Positions 25,540 through 35,710 of a stretch of 62,857 nt of DNA are shown here, one piece after another (within the stretch, counting starts at the first letter, position 1; every line of letters begins with the position of its first letter). The notes under the pieces were generated by a model that had not been told where the DNA came from, made no database searches, and worked only from the letters and a program-made list of their open reading frames with translations. This stretch comes from a virus (lineage: Duplodnaviria > Caudoviricetes): the IMG/VR virus record IMGVR_UViG_3300024308_000007, positions 1 to 62,857 of that record; one strand, written 5' to 3'. Both the position numbers and the translations under genes were made by a program.

Positions 25540-25836
25540 TTCTGGCACTTCTGGAACAATTATTTCTGGTACGGATTCTGGTACAGTTTCTGGTACAATA
25601 GAATTTCTTTATATAATAGATACTTAGAAGTCAGTTGTACCAGAAGTACCAGAAGTACCAGAAGTTTCTAAGGTTCCATTAATACTCCACTGTCTAAAAC
25701 TAAACGATCCTCACATATAAAACGTAATACATATATAACGCGTAACTGAACCTTTCTGGTACACTCGGTACAAAGCCTTTTTCCCGTTGCAGATCATGTA
25801 CTTAACCCTGTACCGGAAGTTTTCGAGTTCTGGTAC
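25540..25836. repeat. iteron-like TTCTGGTAC/GTACCAGAA array (putative origin or cosB)
   Basis: About 12 exact or one-mismatch copies in both orientations around an AT-rich core. Confidence 0.8.
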
Positions 25837-25968
25837 TTAGACGAAAAATGCAGTGGAAAGCCCCCGAAATTTTGCAGAAAAACGCGAATTTTCACGCCTA
25901 CGAAAACGAAAAATCCCCGGATTTCTCCAGGGATTCGATTTCAAAAATTGGCCAATTTCAGAAATTCG

Positions 25969-28599
25969 TTAAAGGAAGTCGTCTTCGTCGAATTCGTCTT
26001 CCTCCTGTACATTCGCTTCATTGTGTCGGTCGAGCCACGCGCGAATTTCGTCTGCATCTGGCGAACCATCCGGGCGTTCGAAATGCTTCGGTTGTGGTGA
26101 ATAACAGCGTCCCAGTTTTCCGTCCATGCGGACTTTGCCGGAGTGCGTGGAGGCTACGCGGTAGAAACCGGCGGCTTCCATTTTCCTGGAAATAGAACGC
26201 GAATTCGGCGCTTTGAAATTGTCTATTTCGCGCTCCATGTACTCCATCAAAGACGGCATGAAGATGATGTCGCGGCAGACGTTCCGTGTTCGGTTTTCGC
26301 TGACGCAGGTGATCACCGAATCCGTGAAGTCATCCTTCGACAGCGCCATCATTCTTTCGCGCGCCATGGTGTCCATAGGAGCGTGGCCACCCGACGGGTT
26401 AAAGTCTTTGCGGAACTGGTATTCGCTGAACCATTTACGCAGCGCGCCAGCAGACTGGCGGAATGCGCGGTCGAACCGCTTGAAGAAATTCGGCTCGGTT
26501 TTCAGGAACGGCATAAGGTCGCGCTTTTTGTCCTGGAACTGGCTGGCCACCACCAGATAGCGGCGGTCGTTGTCGTCAATTGGCAGCGCTGCAGGGTCGT
26601 TTGTCACCATGATGTAACTGGCGGTGTTGCGGACTTTCAGGCTGTCTTCACGCATACGGCGCACCGAAATAACGGGGTTGGTGATGAACGGCTTGATGTT
26701 GTTCAGCACGTCATAACCATGGCCTACCACGGACACCTCTTCCACGAACTTAACGATGTCCGATTCCGCCCACTTGGTGAAATTGCTCTGCAGGTCGGAG
26801 TTACTTACTTCGCCCACGTTCGCGTCCCCCAGGATGCAGCGGAACATTTCGCGGATGATCGTCTTGCCGGAGCCGGGGCAACCGTGGATGATCAGCGCGT
26901 AGTTGATGCGTTTTCCTGGGTTTTTCACTATCCAGGCGAAATACTCCATCACGTATTCCCGTTCTTTCGGGTCGGGGAACTGAACGAGGAAGAAGTCTTT
27001 CATGATCTGGATGTTTTTCAGGTCGCGCTGCGTGTATTCCTCCGGCATATCGACCATCGTGTCCGGATGGAATGTGTTCAGGAAGATGCGGCCGTTATCT
27101 GCGGAATACGCCAGGTTGTCCGATTCGAAGAAGCGGAAGAACTCAGGCCGGCCCGCACATTCGCGTACTGGTTTCCACTCGCTGTTCGGCGTTTCGCCGT
27201 GCGCCAGCGGGTTATACATCACCCCGTCGACCACCGGCACCTGATAGATGTCCATGGCCAGCTTGGCAGGCGTGGTGTCAGGGTCTTCGTCCACCATGTA
27301 TCGGCGCATGGCAAGATCGAATGCCTGAACGCTACTGGAAGAACCGTTGCGGATGTTCACGAAAAGACCGGTCTGGCGGTTGAAACACCACTGCATCAAC
27401 CACCCTGGCAGGTCGTCCGGGTCGATACGGTATGACAGGTTTTTCTTGATCTCCGCCGGAGACAGCTTACGGCCTACCAGTTCGTTGTATTTGTCGCAGG
27501 CGACTTTCACAACGTCCATGCGCGCCATGCCGAACATCTTCACTTTGCGGAAGTGGCTGGCCGCCTCCATCCATTCGTCGCGGTTGGTGGCGCCGGAGAA
27601 TTTCGGGATCAGGGTTTCTACGGCTTCCGCGCGCTGGCGGTCTTCGATTTCGTTCGCTTCCTGCAGCAGCGAGCGGAAGGAGATCAGGCGCTTTTTATCG
27701 TGCTTGAAACCCTCGTCCCACTTCTTGTCGAAAGCGTCCTGATCGAAGTTGTTGGCCTGCGCCGACCATTTCAGCGCGATGTCGTATGCGCGATCCTGGT
27801 CTTCAACGCCGGTCTGCAATGCTGCGATGACACGAATCCACTGCTGGTAATCTTCCGAGCCTGGCAGCAGCATTACTTTGCGCTCCAGTTCGTCGTAGTC
27901 ACCATCGTACTGGCTGTATGCGTCGGCGGCGCGGTTCACCCAGTCGTCTTCTTCGTACTCTTCGTCGTCGTCATCCCATCCCAGGGTCTGCCCGCGCACG
28001 GCCATGGTGTGATTCCACCCGCGCTTGGCGCATTCGCGGTCGAATTCGGCGATGATGTCGAACGCTTGTGCTTCGGTCAGTTCCGGCAGTTCGTCGTAAT
28101 CCACTGTCGTCGGGTCGCCGTTGGCCACCCATTTATACGGCTTGTTCGTATCAGGGTGGATACCGAAAGCGATGAATTGCTGGCCATCCCCAAGGATCTG
28201 AACTTCGTGTTTCGGAGTATTTTTGTCTTTCGGGTCGCCGTCATGCCAGACCGATTTCATTGTCGGGAAGCGGGCGCCAGAAAGGCGGAACAGCAGCAGG
28301 CGTTTCGGGTCCAGGCCTACGCGAGTCGGCGCGCTGCCATAGACCAGTTCGACATAGTCCGACATGTGCGTGACGAGGTCTTCGTCGCGGATGTCGAGGT
28401 CGACGGCCGGATTTTTGGCGGTAAGGATGCCGGCCCCGCAGTCACCGTGTTGCAGAACCCAGTTTTCCCAGTTTCCTTCGAAATCATTCGTCGTCCAGTT
28501 CTTGAACAACGGCGCTTTCGATTTCCGCCGGATCGGCGTAAAGATGTAGCCATTGACGGCCAGGTCTTCGCCGACTTGATTTAGCGAAGTTTTGGCCAT
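25969..28599 (-). CDS. primase-helicase (Prim-Pol, PriCT-2, SF3/DUF5906 helicase)
   Basis: AVDLD primase motif; QQFIAFGIHPDT; YQQWIRVIAAL; HGCPGSGKT Walker A; FVEE Walker B; VTND. Confidence 0.88.
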   Translation of the reverse strand: MAKTSLNQVGEDLAVNGYIFTPIRRKSKAPLFKNWTTNDFEGNWENWVLQHGDCGAGILTAKNPAVDLDIRDEDLVTHMSDYVELVYGSAPTRVGLDPKRLLLFRLSGARFPTMKSVWHDGDPKDKNTPKHEVQILGDGQQFIAFGIHPDTNKPYKWVANGDPTTVDYDELPELTEAQAFDIIAEFDRECAKRGWNHTMAVRGQTLGWDDDDEEYEEDDWVNRAADAYSQYDGDYDELERKVMLLPGSEDYQQWIRVIAALQTGVEDQDRAYDIALKWSAQANNFDQDAFDKKWDEGFKHDKKRLISFRSLLQEANEIEDRQRAEAVETLIPKFSGATNRDEWMEAASHFRKVKMFGMARMDVVKVACDKYNELVGRKLSPAEIKKNLSYRIDPDDLPGWLMQWCFNRQTGLFVNIRNGSSSSVQAFDLAMRRYMVDEDPDTTPAKLAMDIYQVPVVDGVMYNPLAHGETPNSEWKPVRECAGRPEFFRFFESDNLAYSADNGRIFLNTFHPDTMVDMPEEYTQRDLKNIQIMKDFFLVQFPDPKEREYVMEYFAWIVKNPGKRINYALIIHGCPGSGKTIIREMFRCILGDANVGEVSNSDLQSNFTKWAESDIVKFVEEVSVVGHGYDVLNNIKPFITNPVISVRRMREDSLKVRNTASYIMVTNDPAALPIDDNDRRYLVVASQFQDKKRDLMPFLKTEPNFFKRFDRAFRQSAGALRKWFSEYQFRKDFNPSGGHAPMDTMARERMMALSKDDFTDSVITCVSENRTRNVCRDIIFMPSLMEYMEREIDNFKAPNSRSISRKMEAAGFYRVASTHSGKVRMDGKLGRCYSPQPKHFERPDGSPDADEIRAWLDRHNEANVQEEDEFDEDDFL

Positions 28600-28883
28600 T
28601 AGATCAGACTCCCGTTCCGGACACACTCGACTGGATTAACCAGCCATTCCCACCGGATGAACTCTCGGCCTAAACCGGCTTCAACCATCATTGCCGCGCG
28701 CGTCGTGAAACGACCCTCGCGCATGAAACGGGAAAGTACGTCGGGACGGAAGTCGCAGATCTCCGCGATTTCTCTTACCAGGACACGATTTTTAGAAAGC
28801 AGGCCAGCGCGGGCAACCACGAAACGAACGATCTGTTCGGCATCTTCGCGGTCTACGCAGGCAGGAAGTTCAGGTAATGACAT
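28599..28883 (-). CDS. putative HTH DNA-binding protein
   Basis: GAGG RBS; VREIAEICDFRPDVLSRFMREG helix-turn-helix-like segment; coupled to primase. Confidence 0.6.
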   Translation of the reverse strand: MSLPELPACVDREDAEQIVRFVVARAGLLSKNRVLVREIAEICDFRPDVLSRFMREGRFTTRAAMMVEAGLGREFIRWEWLVNPVECVRNGSLI

Positions 28884-28918
28884 AAATACGTCCTCATTGC
28901 TCGTTTGTGATCCCCGCG

Positions 28919-28947
28919 ATAATGGCGCATTCAGCGGATAAAGGCAA
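28919..28947 (-). promoter_or_regulatory. sigma70-like promoter for the HTH/primase operon
   Basis: TTGCCT-17 nt-CATTAT. Confidence 0.55.
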
Positions 28948-29060
28948 GTTTTGTTCCGCTTGTCCCAAATGTACCAGAAGTTTTGACAATAATTGCCGCC
29001 GGTACCGCCAGCATTCGCCGGTACCGAAGACAAATTTTGAAAATAATTCGAAAAAAGGTG

Positions 29061-29089
29061 TTGACGGATTTTTCGAGGGGGCGTATCTT
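29061..29089 (+). promoter_or_regulatory. sigma70-like promoter for the replication operon
   Basis: TTGACG-17 nt-TATCTT with A-rich UP element. Confidence 0.7.
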
Positions 29090-29153
29090 TCAATCACCGG
29101 CAGCAAACAGCAACCGGATAAACCGAAAATTAACCGCTAAGAAGGAATACCGA

Positions 29154-29555
29154 ATGTCTCTCGAACAAGTAATCGCTGAAAACAACTCCCTGCTGCGTGA
29201 ACTGATTGACCTGCAGAAAGCAGGCGTCTCTTCCGCTAAAACCTCCGCTGCGGACACCACTAGCGAAACCAAAACCGAAACCAAGTCCGCTAAGGGCGCG
29301 GCGAAGGGCGGCAAAACCACCACCAAAGCGAAAGCCGAAGTAGTCGATCCGGATACGCTGAAAGCGAAGCTGGTTGAGTACAAAAACCTGACCGACCTGA
29401 AAGCGGCCAAGGCGCTGACCAAAGAACTCGGTTACGACGCGATCGCTGACGTGCCGGAAGAGAAGTCGAAAGAAGTGTTCGACGCTATCGAAGCGGCAAT
29501 CCTGGCGCTGGACAACGGCAATGAAGCCGACACGGATGCCGAAGAAGACCTGTGA
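29154..29555 (+). CDS. hypothetical protein of the replication module
   Basis: AAGGA RBS; T/K/A-rich linker and C-terminal helical domain; typical position before DUF2800. Confidence 0.7.
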   Translation: MSLEQVIAENNSLLRELIDLQKAGVSSAKTSAADTTSETKTETKSAKGAAKGGKTTTKAKAEVVDPDTLKAKLVEYKNLTDLKAAKALTKELGYDAIADVPEEKSKEVFDAIEAAILALDNGNEADTDAEEDL

Positions 29556-30858
29556 TTTAAGTCTGCAGGCCATCTACGAACGATTTGCGGAGGGCGACCA
29601 TTCGATATTCTCGCCCTCCGCATCGTCCAGGTGGATGAATTGTCCCGGTTCGTTGATACCCAATTTATTGGCACCTGACGACACCGGGATTTTTGCTGCC
29701 GAAGGTACGGTGGCGCACGAACTGGCCGAACAATGGCTGACCACTGGCAAAAAACCGAAACACCGGTTGGGCGAGTGGGTCTGGATAGAGAACGGCACCG
29801 ACTGGTTCGAAATCCAGATAACGCGCGGGATGTTCATCTACGTCGAAGAGTACGTCGACATCTGCATGATGACCCCTGGCGAAAAGTTCATAGAAAGCCG
29901 CGTAGACTTTTCGATGTTAACGCCGGTGCCTGGCCAGAAAGGGACACTGGATTTTTGTGCAATCGACGACGACACCCTTTACATCCGCGACCTGAAATAT
30001 GGGAAAGGGGTGAAAGTAGACGCCGTCAAAAACTCGCAGTTGCTGATCTATGCGTATGCGAAGTACATGGAAATCCGTGACTTCTACTACATCAAGCGGA
30101 TCGTAATCTGCATCGTGCAGCCTCGCCTCGACCATGTCGAAGAGTGGGAATGCACACCCGAAGAACTGATGGGCTTCGGTGAACTGGTTAAGCGCAAGGC
30201 AGCGGAAGCGTGGAACCTCAACGCCCCGCTGGTGGCCGGTGTGAAACAGTGTGGTTTCTGCCGAATCCGCCAGACCTGCCCCGCTCGGTTGGCCATGGCA
30301 AGACAGGTGCTTGAACTGCGATTCCCCGAAGACGGGCAATTCCCCATCACGGAAAAGCAGGTTAAAATCCTGAAAGAAGACCTGGACGAGGATTTGTTTT
30401 TCCTCAACTTCCAGCCGCCTATGTCACTGAACAACGCGCAGTTAGCCAGCGTCCTGAAATACCGGACGACAATAGAAAACTGGTTCAAGTCATTGCAGAC
30501 TGAACTGACACGCAGGGCGATGGCGGGCGAAACTATCCCAGGCTACAAACTCGTCGAAGGGCGGTCGTTCCGTAGCTTTGAGGATAAAGAGAAAGCCGAA
30601 AAAGCGCTGCTGGAAGCGGGGCTGACCGAAGAGGACATCTGGAAGGTAGATATAATATCTCCGGCTGTCGCAGAGGAAGCGCTGATGGCAACAGGATTGA
30701 AGCGGAAAGAACTTCCCGCGGTACTCGATCCGATAGTAAAATCGACGAAGGGTGCTGCGACACTGGCGCCACTGACCGATAAACGGCCCGAAATTGGTTC
30801 CGACGTTAGGTCGGCCATGAACGACGAAGACGACGATTACTTTCCGTCACAACGATAA
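29521..30858 (+). CDS. Cas4-like PD-(D/E)XK exonuclease (DUF2800)
   Basis: HSIFSPSASSRWMNCPGS, EGTVAHE, GTLDF, DLKYGKG, QPRL, CGFC.....C, KLVEGRS. Confidence 0.85.
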   Translation: MKPTRMPKKTCDLSLQAIYERFAEGDHSIFSPSASSRWMNCPGSLIPNLLAPDDTGIFAAEGTVAHELAEQWLTTGKKPKHRLGEWVWIENGTDWFEIQITRGMFIYVEEYVDICMMTPGEKFIESRVDFSMLTPVPGQKGTLDFCAIDDDTLYIRDLKYGKGVKVDAVKNSQLLIYAYAKYMEIRDFYYIKRIVICIVQPRLDHVEEWECTPEELMGFGELVKRKAAEAWNLNAPLVAGVKQCGFCRIRQTCPARLAMARQVLELRFPEDGQFPITEKQVKILKEDLDEDLFFLNFQPPMSLNNAQLASVLKYRTTIENWFKSLQTELTRRAMAGETIPGYKLVEGRSFRSFEDKEKAEKALLEAGLTEEDIWKVDIISPAVAEEALMATGLKRKELPAVLDPIVKSTKGAATLAPLTDKRPEIGSDVRSAMNDEDDDYFPSQR

Positions 30859-30873
30859 TACCGGAGATAAAAA

Positions 30874-31548
30874 ATGGCACGTCAATTAACCGTACTGAAA
30901 AAGTTCCCGAAAGAAGGTATCACTTTCTACAAAGAAGGTTATATCAAGATTTTGGACACCAAACTGTCCTACCCGCATTTCGACAAACCGCAGAAATTCA
31001 CCCGCGACGACGGCACAGAAGTCGAGAAGTACGGTTGTGAAGGTCTGATCGAGTCCACCCGCTTCCAGGAGTCCAAAAAGTTCATGGTCGACATGATTAA
31101 AAAGATCATGGAAGACAAGGACTGCAAATGCTCCAAAGACAAGTGGTTCGTTGTCGAAGGTGATCCGGACATGCGCCCTGAACTGGACGGCATGTACCAG
31201 ATTAAGGCCAGCGAATCCCGTAAGCCGGAATTCCTGTCCGTGGACGGTGACGAAATCGACTCTGTGAAAGAACTGCGCGAGCTTTTCTATCCAGGTTGCC
31301 GCGTTGACCTCATGATTCGCCCATGGGGTCAGAACTACCGCGATGCGAAAAGCGGCACCACGGCAAAACGCGTGAACGCCGGTCTGGTGACCGTGAAGTT
31401 CCGCCGCGACGATACCCGCCTCGGTGAAGAACCTATCGACACCAACGGCGCGTGGGACGATGATGAAGACGACGAATATTTCGAGAAGTCGGCTCCATCG
31501 AAAGGCTCCCGTCAGTCCAGCAACGACGATGACGACGACGCTTTATAA
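30874..31548 (+). CDS. single-stranded DNA-binding protein (DUF2815 / gp2.5-like)
   Basis: LSYPH, FYPGC, DDTRLG and acidic tail; lies between DUF2800 and polymerase. Confidence 0.8.
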   Translation: MARQLTVLKKFPKEGITFYKEGYIKILDTKLSYPHFDKPQKFTRDDGTEVEKYGCEGLIESTRFQESKKFMVDMIKKIMEDKDCKCSKDKWFVVEGDPDMRPELDGMYQIKASESRKPEFLSVDGDEIDSVKELRELFYPGCRVDLMIRPWGQNYRDAKSGTTAKRVNAGLVTVKFRRDDTRLGEEPIDTNGAWDDDEDDEYFEKSAPSKGSRQSSNDDDDDAL

Positions 31549-31561
31549 TCGACCCACCAGT

Positions 31562-31588
31562 AAAGCCGTCCTTCGGGGCGGCTTTTTT
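31562..31588 (+). terminator. intrinsic terminator
   Basis: AAAGCCGTCC-TTCG-GGGCGGCTTTTTT. Confidence 0.8.
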
Positions 31589-31602
31589 ATCGGAGATGGC
31601 CA

Positions 31603-33807
31603 ATGATTGTCGGCGAAATGACCCTGGAGATAGCGAAGAAACTCGCTGTCCTCTCCGCCAAAAGGCAGGACTACCACAACTGCATGGGCTTGCCGTCCGA
31701 CGTGTACCTCGACTACGAAACGCGCTCGGAAGAAGACCTGAAAAAGTACGGACAAGACCGGTACGCCAACCACCCTAGTACGCACCCGCTAATGGTAACG
31801 TGGTGCGAAATCCGGCCGGACGGCAACCACTGGTTTCACTGGAACGTCGAAATGGGGGAATTCCCACGTCGCTTAATTGCGATTTTTTGCGATCCTAAAG
31901 TCCTGAAACACGCATTCAACGCGCAGTTCGAACGCACCATCACGAAGTTCGCCATGGGCCTGGGGGACAACGTCGGGTACAAAGACTGGCGCTGTACGAT
32001 GGTTCACGCGTACATGATGGGATTCGGCGGTACGCTGGCGCAGATTGGCGCGGCCGTCGGCCTGAAAGAACAGGCCAAACTGGAAATCGGCAAAGACCTG
32101 ATTAAGTTCTTCTCCATTCCGGTGCCGGAGCGCCAGCGCAAAACCGTGGGCGGCATGTTCCGCGACCCCGCCAACTATCCCGAAGAGTGGTTCGCGTACT
32201 GCGTCTACAACATCATGGACGTGGCGGCCGAGATGGCCATCGCCGCGCGCATCGATCAGCCGGATAAGTACCCGATTCCGCCGTCAGAATGGGCGACCTA
32301 CGCCATCGACCAGGAAATCAACGACCGCGGGGTGCCGATCGACCTGCGCATGGCCGAAAACGCCATTATCCTGAAAGACCGCCGGAAGGAAGAACTGGTG
32401 GCCGAACTGCGCCAGATCACCGGACTGGCCAACCCGAACTCCACGGCGCAATTGCTGCCATGGCTGAAAAAGCGCGGATACCCGTTCCCTGACTGTAAAG
32501 CGGCATCCGTTAAGACGGCGCTCAACCGCTTCTCCCACAAGATGACGGAAGATTGCATCGTCGTCCTGAAAAAGCGTAAGTGGGCGGCGTCCACCAGCCA
32601 CGGAAAATACACGACAATTGCCAACGCCTCCCGAGCTGGACGTTTTCGCTATGCGTTCCAGATGGCGGGCGCGCAGCGCACACAACGTTGGGCCGGTCGT
32701 AAGGTGCAGGCGCAGAACCTCCCGCGCACACCTAAGTGTCTGGAGCCGAAAGACGGCGACATCCGGAAGCTGAACATCACCACCGAGATCATCCGAAAAG
32801 GCCGGTACGACGAACTGTCGCTGTGGATGAAAGAGCCAATGGAAGCCATCGTCGGCTGCATCCGCTCCACCTTCCGCGCCGAGGAAGACCACGAATTCCG
32901 CGTGTGTGACCTGGCGTCGATTGAATCGGTGGTGATCGGCTGGCTGGCCGACTGTAAGTGGTTCCAGGAAGTGCTGTCGAACGGCCGCGACATCTACAAA
33001 TCGTTCGCTATGCACCTGTACGACAAGGCTTACGACGAGGTGACGAAAGCCGAGCGATCCATGGCCAAACCGGCGACCCTCGGATGCGGCTACCGCCTCG
33101 GCGGCGGCGAAGAAACCGAGACGTTCACCCGTACCGGTCTGTGGGGATACGCGGAGAACATGGGCGTCAACATGACGAAGGAAGAGGCGGCCGAACACGT
33201 TAAGGTGTTCCGTGAACTCTGCCCTGAAATCGTCGACCTGTGGTTCGATCTGGAGCAGGCAGCGTTTAAGTGCCTCAAGACTAAGCAGCCGGTACAGTGC
33301 GGGCGGGTGACCTTCGAATACCGCAAGCCGTTCCTGGCGATTCGCCTGCCGTCTGGCCGCCGCCTGTGGTACTTCGACCCGAAAGTGCTGCCGGTAACTC
33401 GCAAGTTCAAGAATAAATACACTGAGTCGTACACGGTTAACGGGAAGACAGCCACCCGCGAAATCGTGAAGGAAGAGTCGTACACCAAATACCAGTTGTC
33501 GTACATGGGGATGGACCAGAAGACCCGTAAGTGGTCGCGTCAGTACACCCACGGCGGAAAACTGGTGGAAAACATCGTGCAGGCAATCGCCCGCGACGTG
33601 CTGAAAGCTGGCATCATCCGCGCGACCCGCGACGGTTTCCAGATCGTCATGCACATCCACGATGAAATCGTATGTCACGAAAAACGTGACGACACCTATC
33701 ACACGCTGTCCCGCCTGCAGGAACACATGACGGCACCGCTGTCGTGGGCGCCCGGTATGCACCTTGGCGGCGCCGGATGGACGGGGCCATTCTATATGAA
33801 GGACTAA
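31603..33807 (+). CDS. DNA polymerase, family A
   Basis: LDYET and AFNAQFER exonuclease motifs; DLASIE (A), RSMAKPATLGCGY (B), HIHDE (C). Confidence 0.92.
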   Translation: MIVGEMTLEIAKKLAVLSAKRQDYHNCMGLPSDVYLDYETRSEEDLKKYGQDRYANHPSTHPLMVTWCEIRPDGNHWFHWNVEMGEFPRRLIAIFCDPKVLKHAFNAQFERTITKFAMGLGDNVGYKDWRCTMVHAYMMGFGGTLAQIGAAVGLKEQAKLEIGKDLIKFFSIPVPERQRKTVGGMFRDPANYPEEWFAYCVYNIMDVAAEMAIAARIDQPDKYPIPPSEWATYAIDQEINDRGVPIDLRMAENAIILKDRRKEELVAELRQITGLANPNSTAQLLPWLKKRGYPFPDCKAASVKTALNRFSHKMTEDCIVVLKKRKWAASTSHGKYTTIANASRAGRFRYAFQMAGAQRTQRWAGRKVQAQNLPRTPKCLEPKDGDIRKLNITTEIIRKGRYDELSLWMKEPMEAIVGCIRSTFRAEEDHEFRVCDLASIESVVIGWLADCKWFQEVLSNGRDIYKSFAMHLYDKAYDEVTKAERSMAKPATLGCGYRLGGGEETETFTRTGLWGYAENMGVNMTKEEAAEHVKVFRELCPEIVDLWFDLEQAAFKCLKTKQPVQCGRVTFEYRKPFLAIRLPSGRRLWYFDPKVLPVTRKFKNKYTESYTVNGKTATREIVKEESYTKYQLSYMGMDQKTRKWSRQYTHGGKLVENIVQAIARDVLKAGIIRATRDGFQIVMHIHDEIVCHEKRDDTYHTLSRLQEHMTAPLSWAPGMHLGGAGWTGPFYMKD

Positions 33808-33811
33808 CGAT

Positions 33812-34126
33812 ATGCCGAGAAAAGACCCATTTGCGGTGGCCAGCGCCATCCGCGAGTCGAAAGTCGAAAAGGGGATATGCGAGTTCGCCGAGTATTACGG
33901 CTGGATGCAGTTTAAGGTCGTCAGTCCGGCGTTCAACGGGATGCCAGACCGCGGCTTTGTCAGGAAGACCGGCGACAAAAGCGAGTTCATCCTGGCCGAG
34001 ATTAAGCAACTCGGCAAAAAGCCTACGACGCTGCAGGCCATCCGCGCGCGGGAACTGGCCAAACACGGGGTAGAGGTTCACTGGTTCGACAGCGTGGAGG
34101 CGGCCAAAGATGTATTTCGACGCTAA
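33812..34126 (+). CDS. VRR-NUC domain nuclease
   Basis: ESKVE, GMPDR, EIK, PTTLQ. Confidence 0.85.
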   Translation: MPRKDPFAVASAIRESKVEKGICEFAEYYGWMQFKVVSPAFNGMPDRGFVRKTGDKSEFILAEIKQLGKKPTTLQAIRARELAKHGVEVHWFDSVEAAKDVFRR

Positions 34127-35639
34127 AGCCCGTATCGCCGCTGCTGAACTCAGCGACGCGAACCACCACGACTACCAGAAGGAGGCCATCGACTTCGCCA
34201 TGCGGGTGCCGAAGTGCGCCCTGTGGATGGACTTAGGCCTTGGTAAATCCGGCGTGTCCGGCAAAGTGGTGTCCGAAACGCTGGCCAACCTGGAAATCAA
34301 CCGCTGGCTGATTATCGCCCCGCTGCGCGTATCCCGCGTGACGTGGCCAGAAACGTTCAGCGAGTGGCGCTACCTGGCGGGCATCCAGTACACCGTGCTG
34401 TCGGACGAGCCGGAAACGTCGAAGGAAACCAAGGCGCAGGCCGTCATCCGCCGCTCGCGCACCAGCCGCACGTCTGTCGACATGGTCAACATGGAGATGG
34501 TGCCGACGCTGGTCGACTTCTGGCGGCGCGACTGGCCATACGACGGCGTGATTATCGACGAATCCAGTAAGTTCAAAGACCACAAGTCGCAGCGCTTCAA
34601 AAAGCTGGCGCTGGTCTTCAACTACATCAAACGCATGATCCAGTTGACGGCCACACCGGCATCCGAAGGGTACGAAAGCCTGTTCGCGCAGATCGCCCTG
34701 CTGGACGGCGGCGAACGCCTTGGCAAAGTCATCACCCACTACCGGAACGACTATTTCCAGCAGGACTACTACACCCGCAAATGGAAAATCATCGAGCGGT
34801 TGAAGCCGGAGGTCGACGCGAAGATCGCCGACATCACGCTGGTGATGAAAGCCGAAGAGTACCTTCCGGACCACAAAGAACCGCACTTCGTCGAACACAA
34901 ACTGGAAATGTCGCAGAAGTTCCGTGACATGTACGCGTCCATGGAGAAAGACAGCGTCCTGGAACTGGGCGACGTCGAAATCGTGGCGGACAACGCGGCG
35001 GCCGTGTGGGGCAAACTGCTGCAAATGGCCAGCGGCATGGTGTATGAGACGTGGAAGGAGCCACACCCGAAAATCGAAGGGCGGATGGTGCTGAAACGCC
35101 GGCCCCACCTTCTCCACGACGAAAAGCTGGACGAACTGGAAGAACTGCTGGACCAGCTCGACGGGAAACCGCTGCTGCTGGCCTACCACTGGGAAGAATC
35201 GCTGGAACGCCTGAAAAAGCGCTTCCCCTGGGCTACCATTCTGGACAAGGAAGGGAAGTACAAAAAGGCGTGGGACGCCGGTAAGATCAAGATGCTTATC
35301 GCGCACCCGCAGTCGGCAGCGCACGGCCTGAACCTGCAGAAGCCGACGAACCAGATGTGCTTCTTCGACATCCACCCGTCGCTGGAAAACTTTCTGCAGT
35401 TCATTGGCCGTTTGAACCGCCAGGGGCAGAAAGAAAAAGTCTTCGTTCACCTAATGCTTTCCAAAGGCACGTATGATCTGCGAACATGGGAGGCATTGAA
35501 ACAGAAACAAGACGGCGAACAGGCACTGCTTAATCGCATCCGGTACTTGCAGCGCAAGATGCGCGAGGCAATCCGGAAAGAGCAGGAGTCGACCGCGAGG
35601 GGCGCCATGGCCATGGCCGACGAAGACGACCTGCTGTAA
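34110..35639 (+). CDS. SNF2-family superfamily 2 helicase
   Basis: DLGLGKS, IIDESS, LTATP, HGLNLQ, QFIGRLNRQGQ. Confidence 0.9.
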   Translation: MYFDAKARIAAAELSDANHHDYQKEAIDFAMRVPKCALWMDLGLGKSGVSGKVVSETLANLEINRWLIIAPLRVSRVTWPETFSEWRYLAGIQYTVLSDEPETSKETKAQAVIRRSRTSRTSVDMVNMEMVPTLVDFWRRDWPYDGVIIDESSKFKDHKSQRFKKLALVFNYIKRMIQLTATPASEGYESLFAQIALLDGGERLGKVITHYRNDYFQQDYYTRKWKIIERLKPEVDAKIADITLVMKAEEYLPDHKEPHFVEHKLEMSQKFRDMYASMEKDSVLELGDVEIVADNAAAVWGKLLQMASGMVYETWKEPHPKIEGRMVLKRRPHLLHDEKLDELEELLDQLDGKPLLLAYHWEESLERLKKRFPWATILDKEGKYKKAWDAGKIKMLIAHPQSAAHGLNLQKPTNQMCFFDIHPSLENFLQFIGRLNRQGQKEKVFVHLMLSKGTYDLRTWEALKQKQDGEQALLNRIRYLQRKMREAIRKEQESTARGAMAMADEDDLL

Positions 35640-35656
35640 TCGCCCATTGCCAAGAC

Positions 35657-35694
35657 AAAGACGTTCGCCGTAAATTATCGGCAACGTCTTTTTT
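35657..35694 (+). terminator. terminator hairpin overlapping a putative late promoter
   Basis: AAAGACGTT-c-GCCG/CGGC-AACGTCTTT plus T tract; TTGCCA-18 nt-TAAATT. Confidence 0.6.
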
Positions 35695-35710
35695 CATTTT
35701 AAGGACTCCC

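Noticed and set aside
25085-26195. Short ORFs around cos and the iteron array
   Set aside because: No RBS, they translate repeats, and they lie beyond a terminator, so the region is treated as non-coding
28599-29100. Divergent promoters plus HTH gene as a lysogeny switch
   Set aside because: No integrase, partition genes or CI-like peptidase repressor were seen; the HTH gene is coupled to primase
29521-30858. Cas4-like gene as evidence of CRISPR-Cas
   Set aside because: It is the standard DUF2800 nuclease of the DUF2800-DUF2815-PolA replication module
32284-33849. 521-aa minus-strand ORF
   Set aside because: Antisense shadow of the DNA polymerase gene
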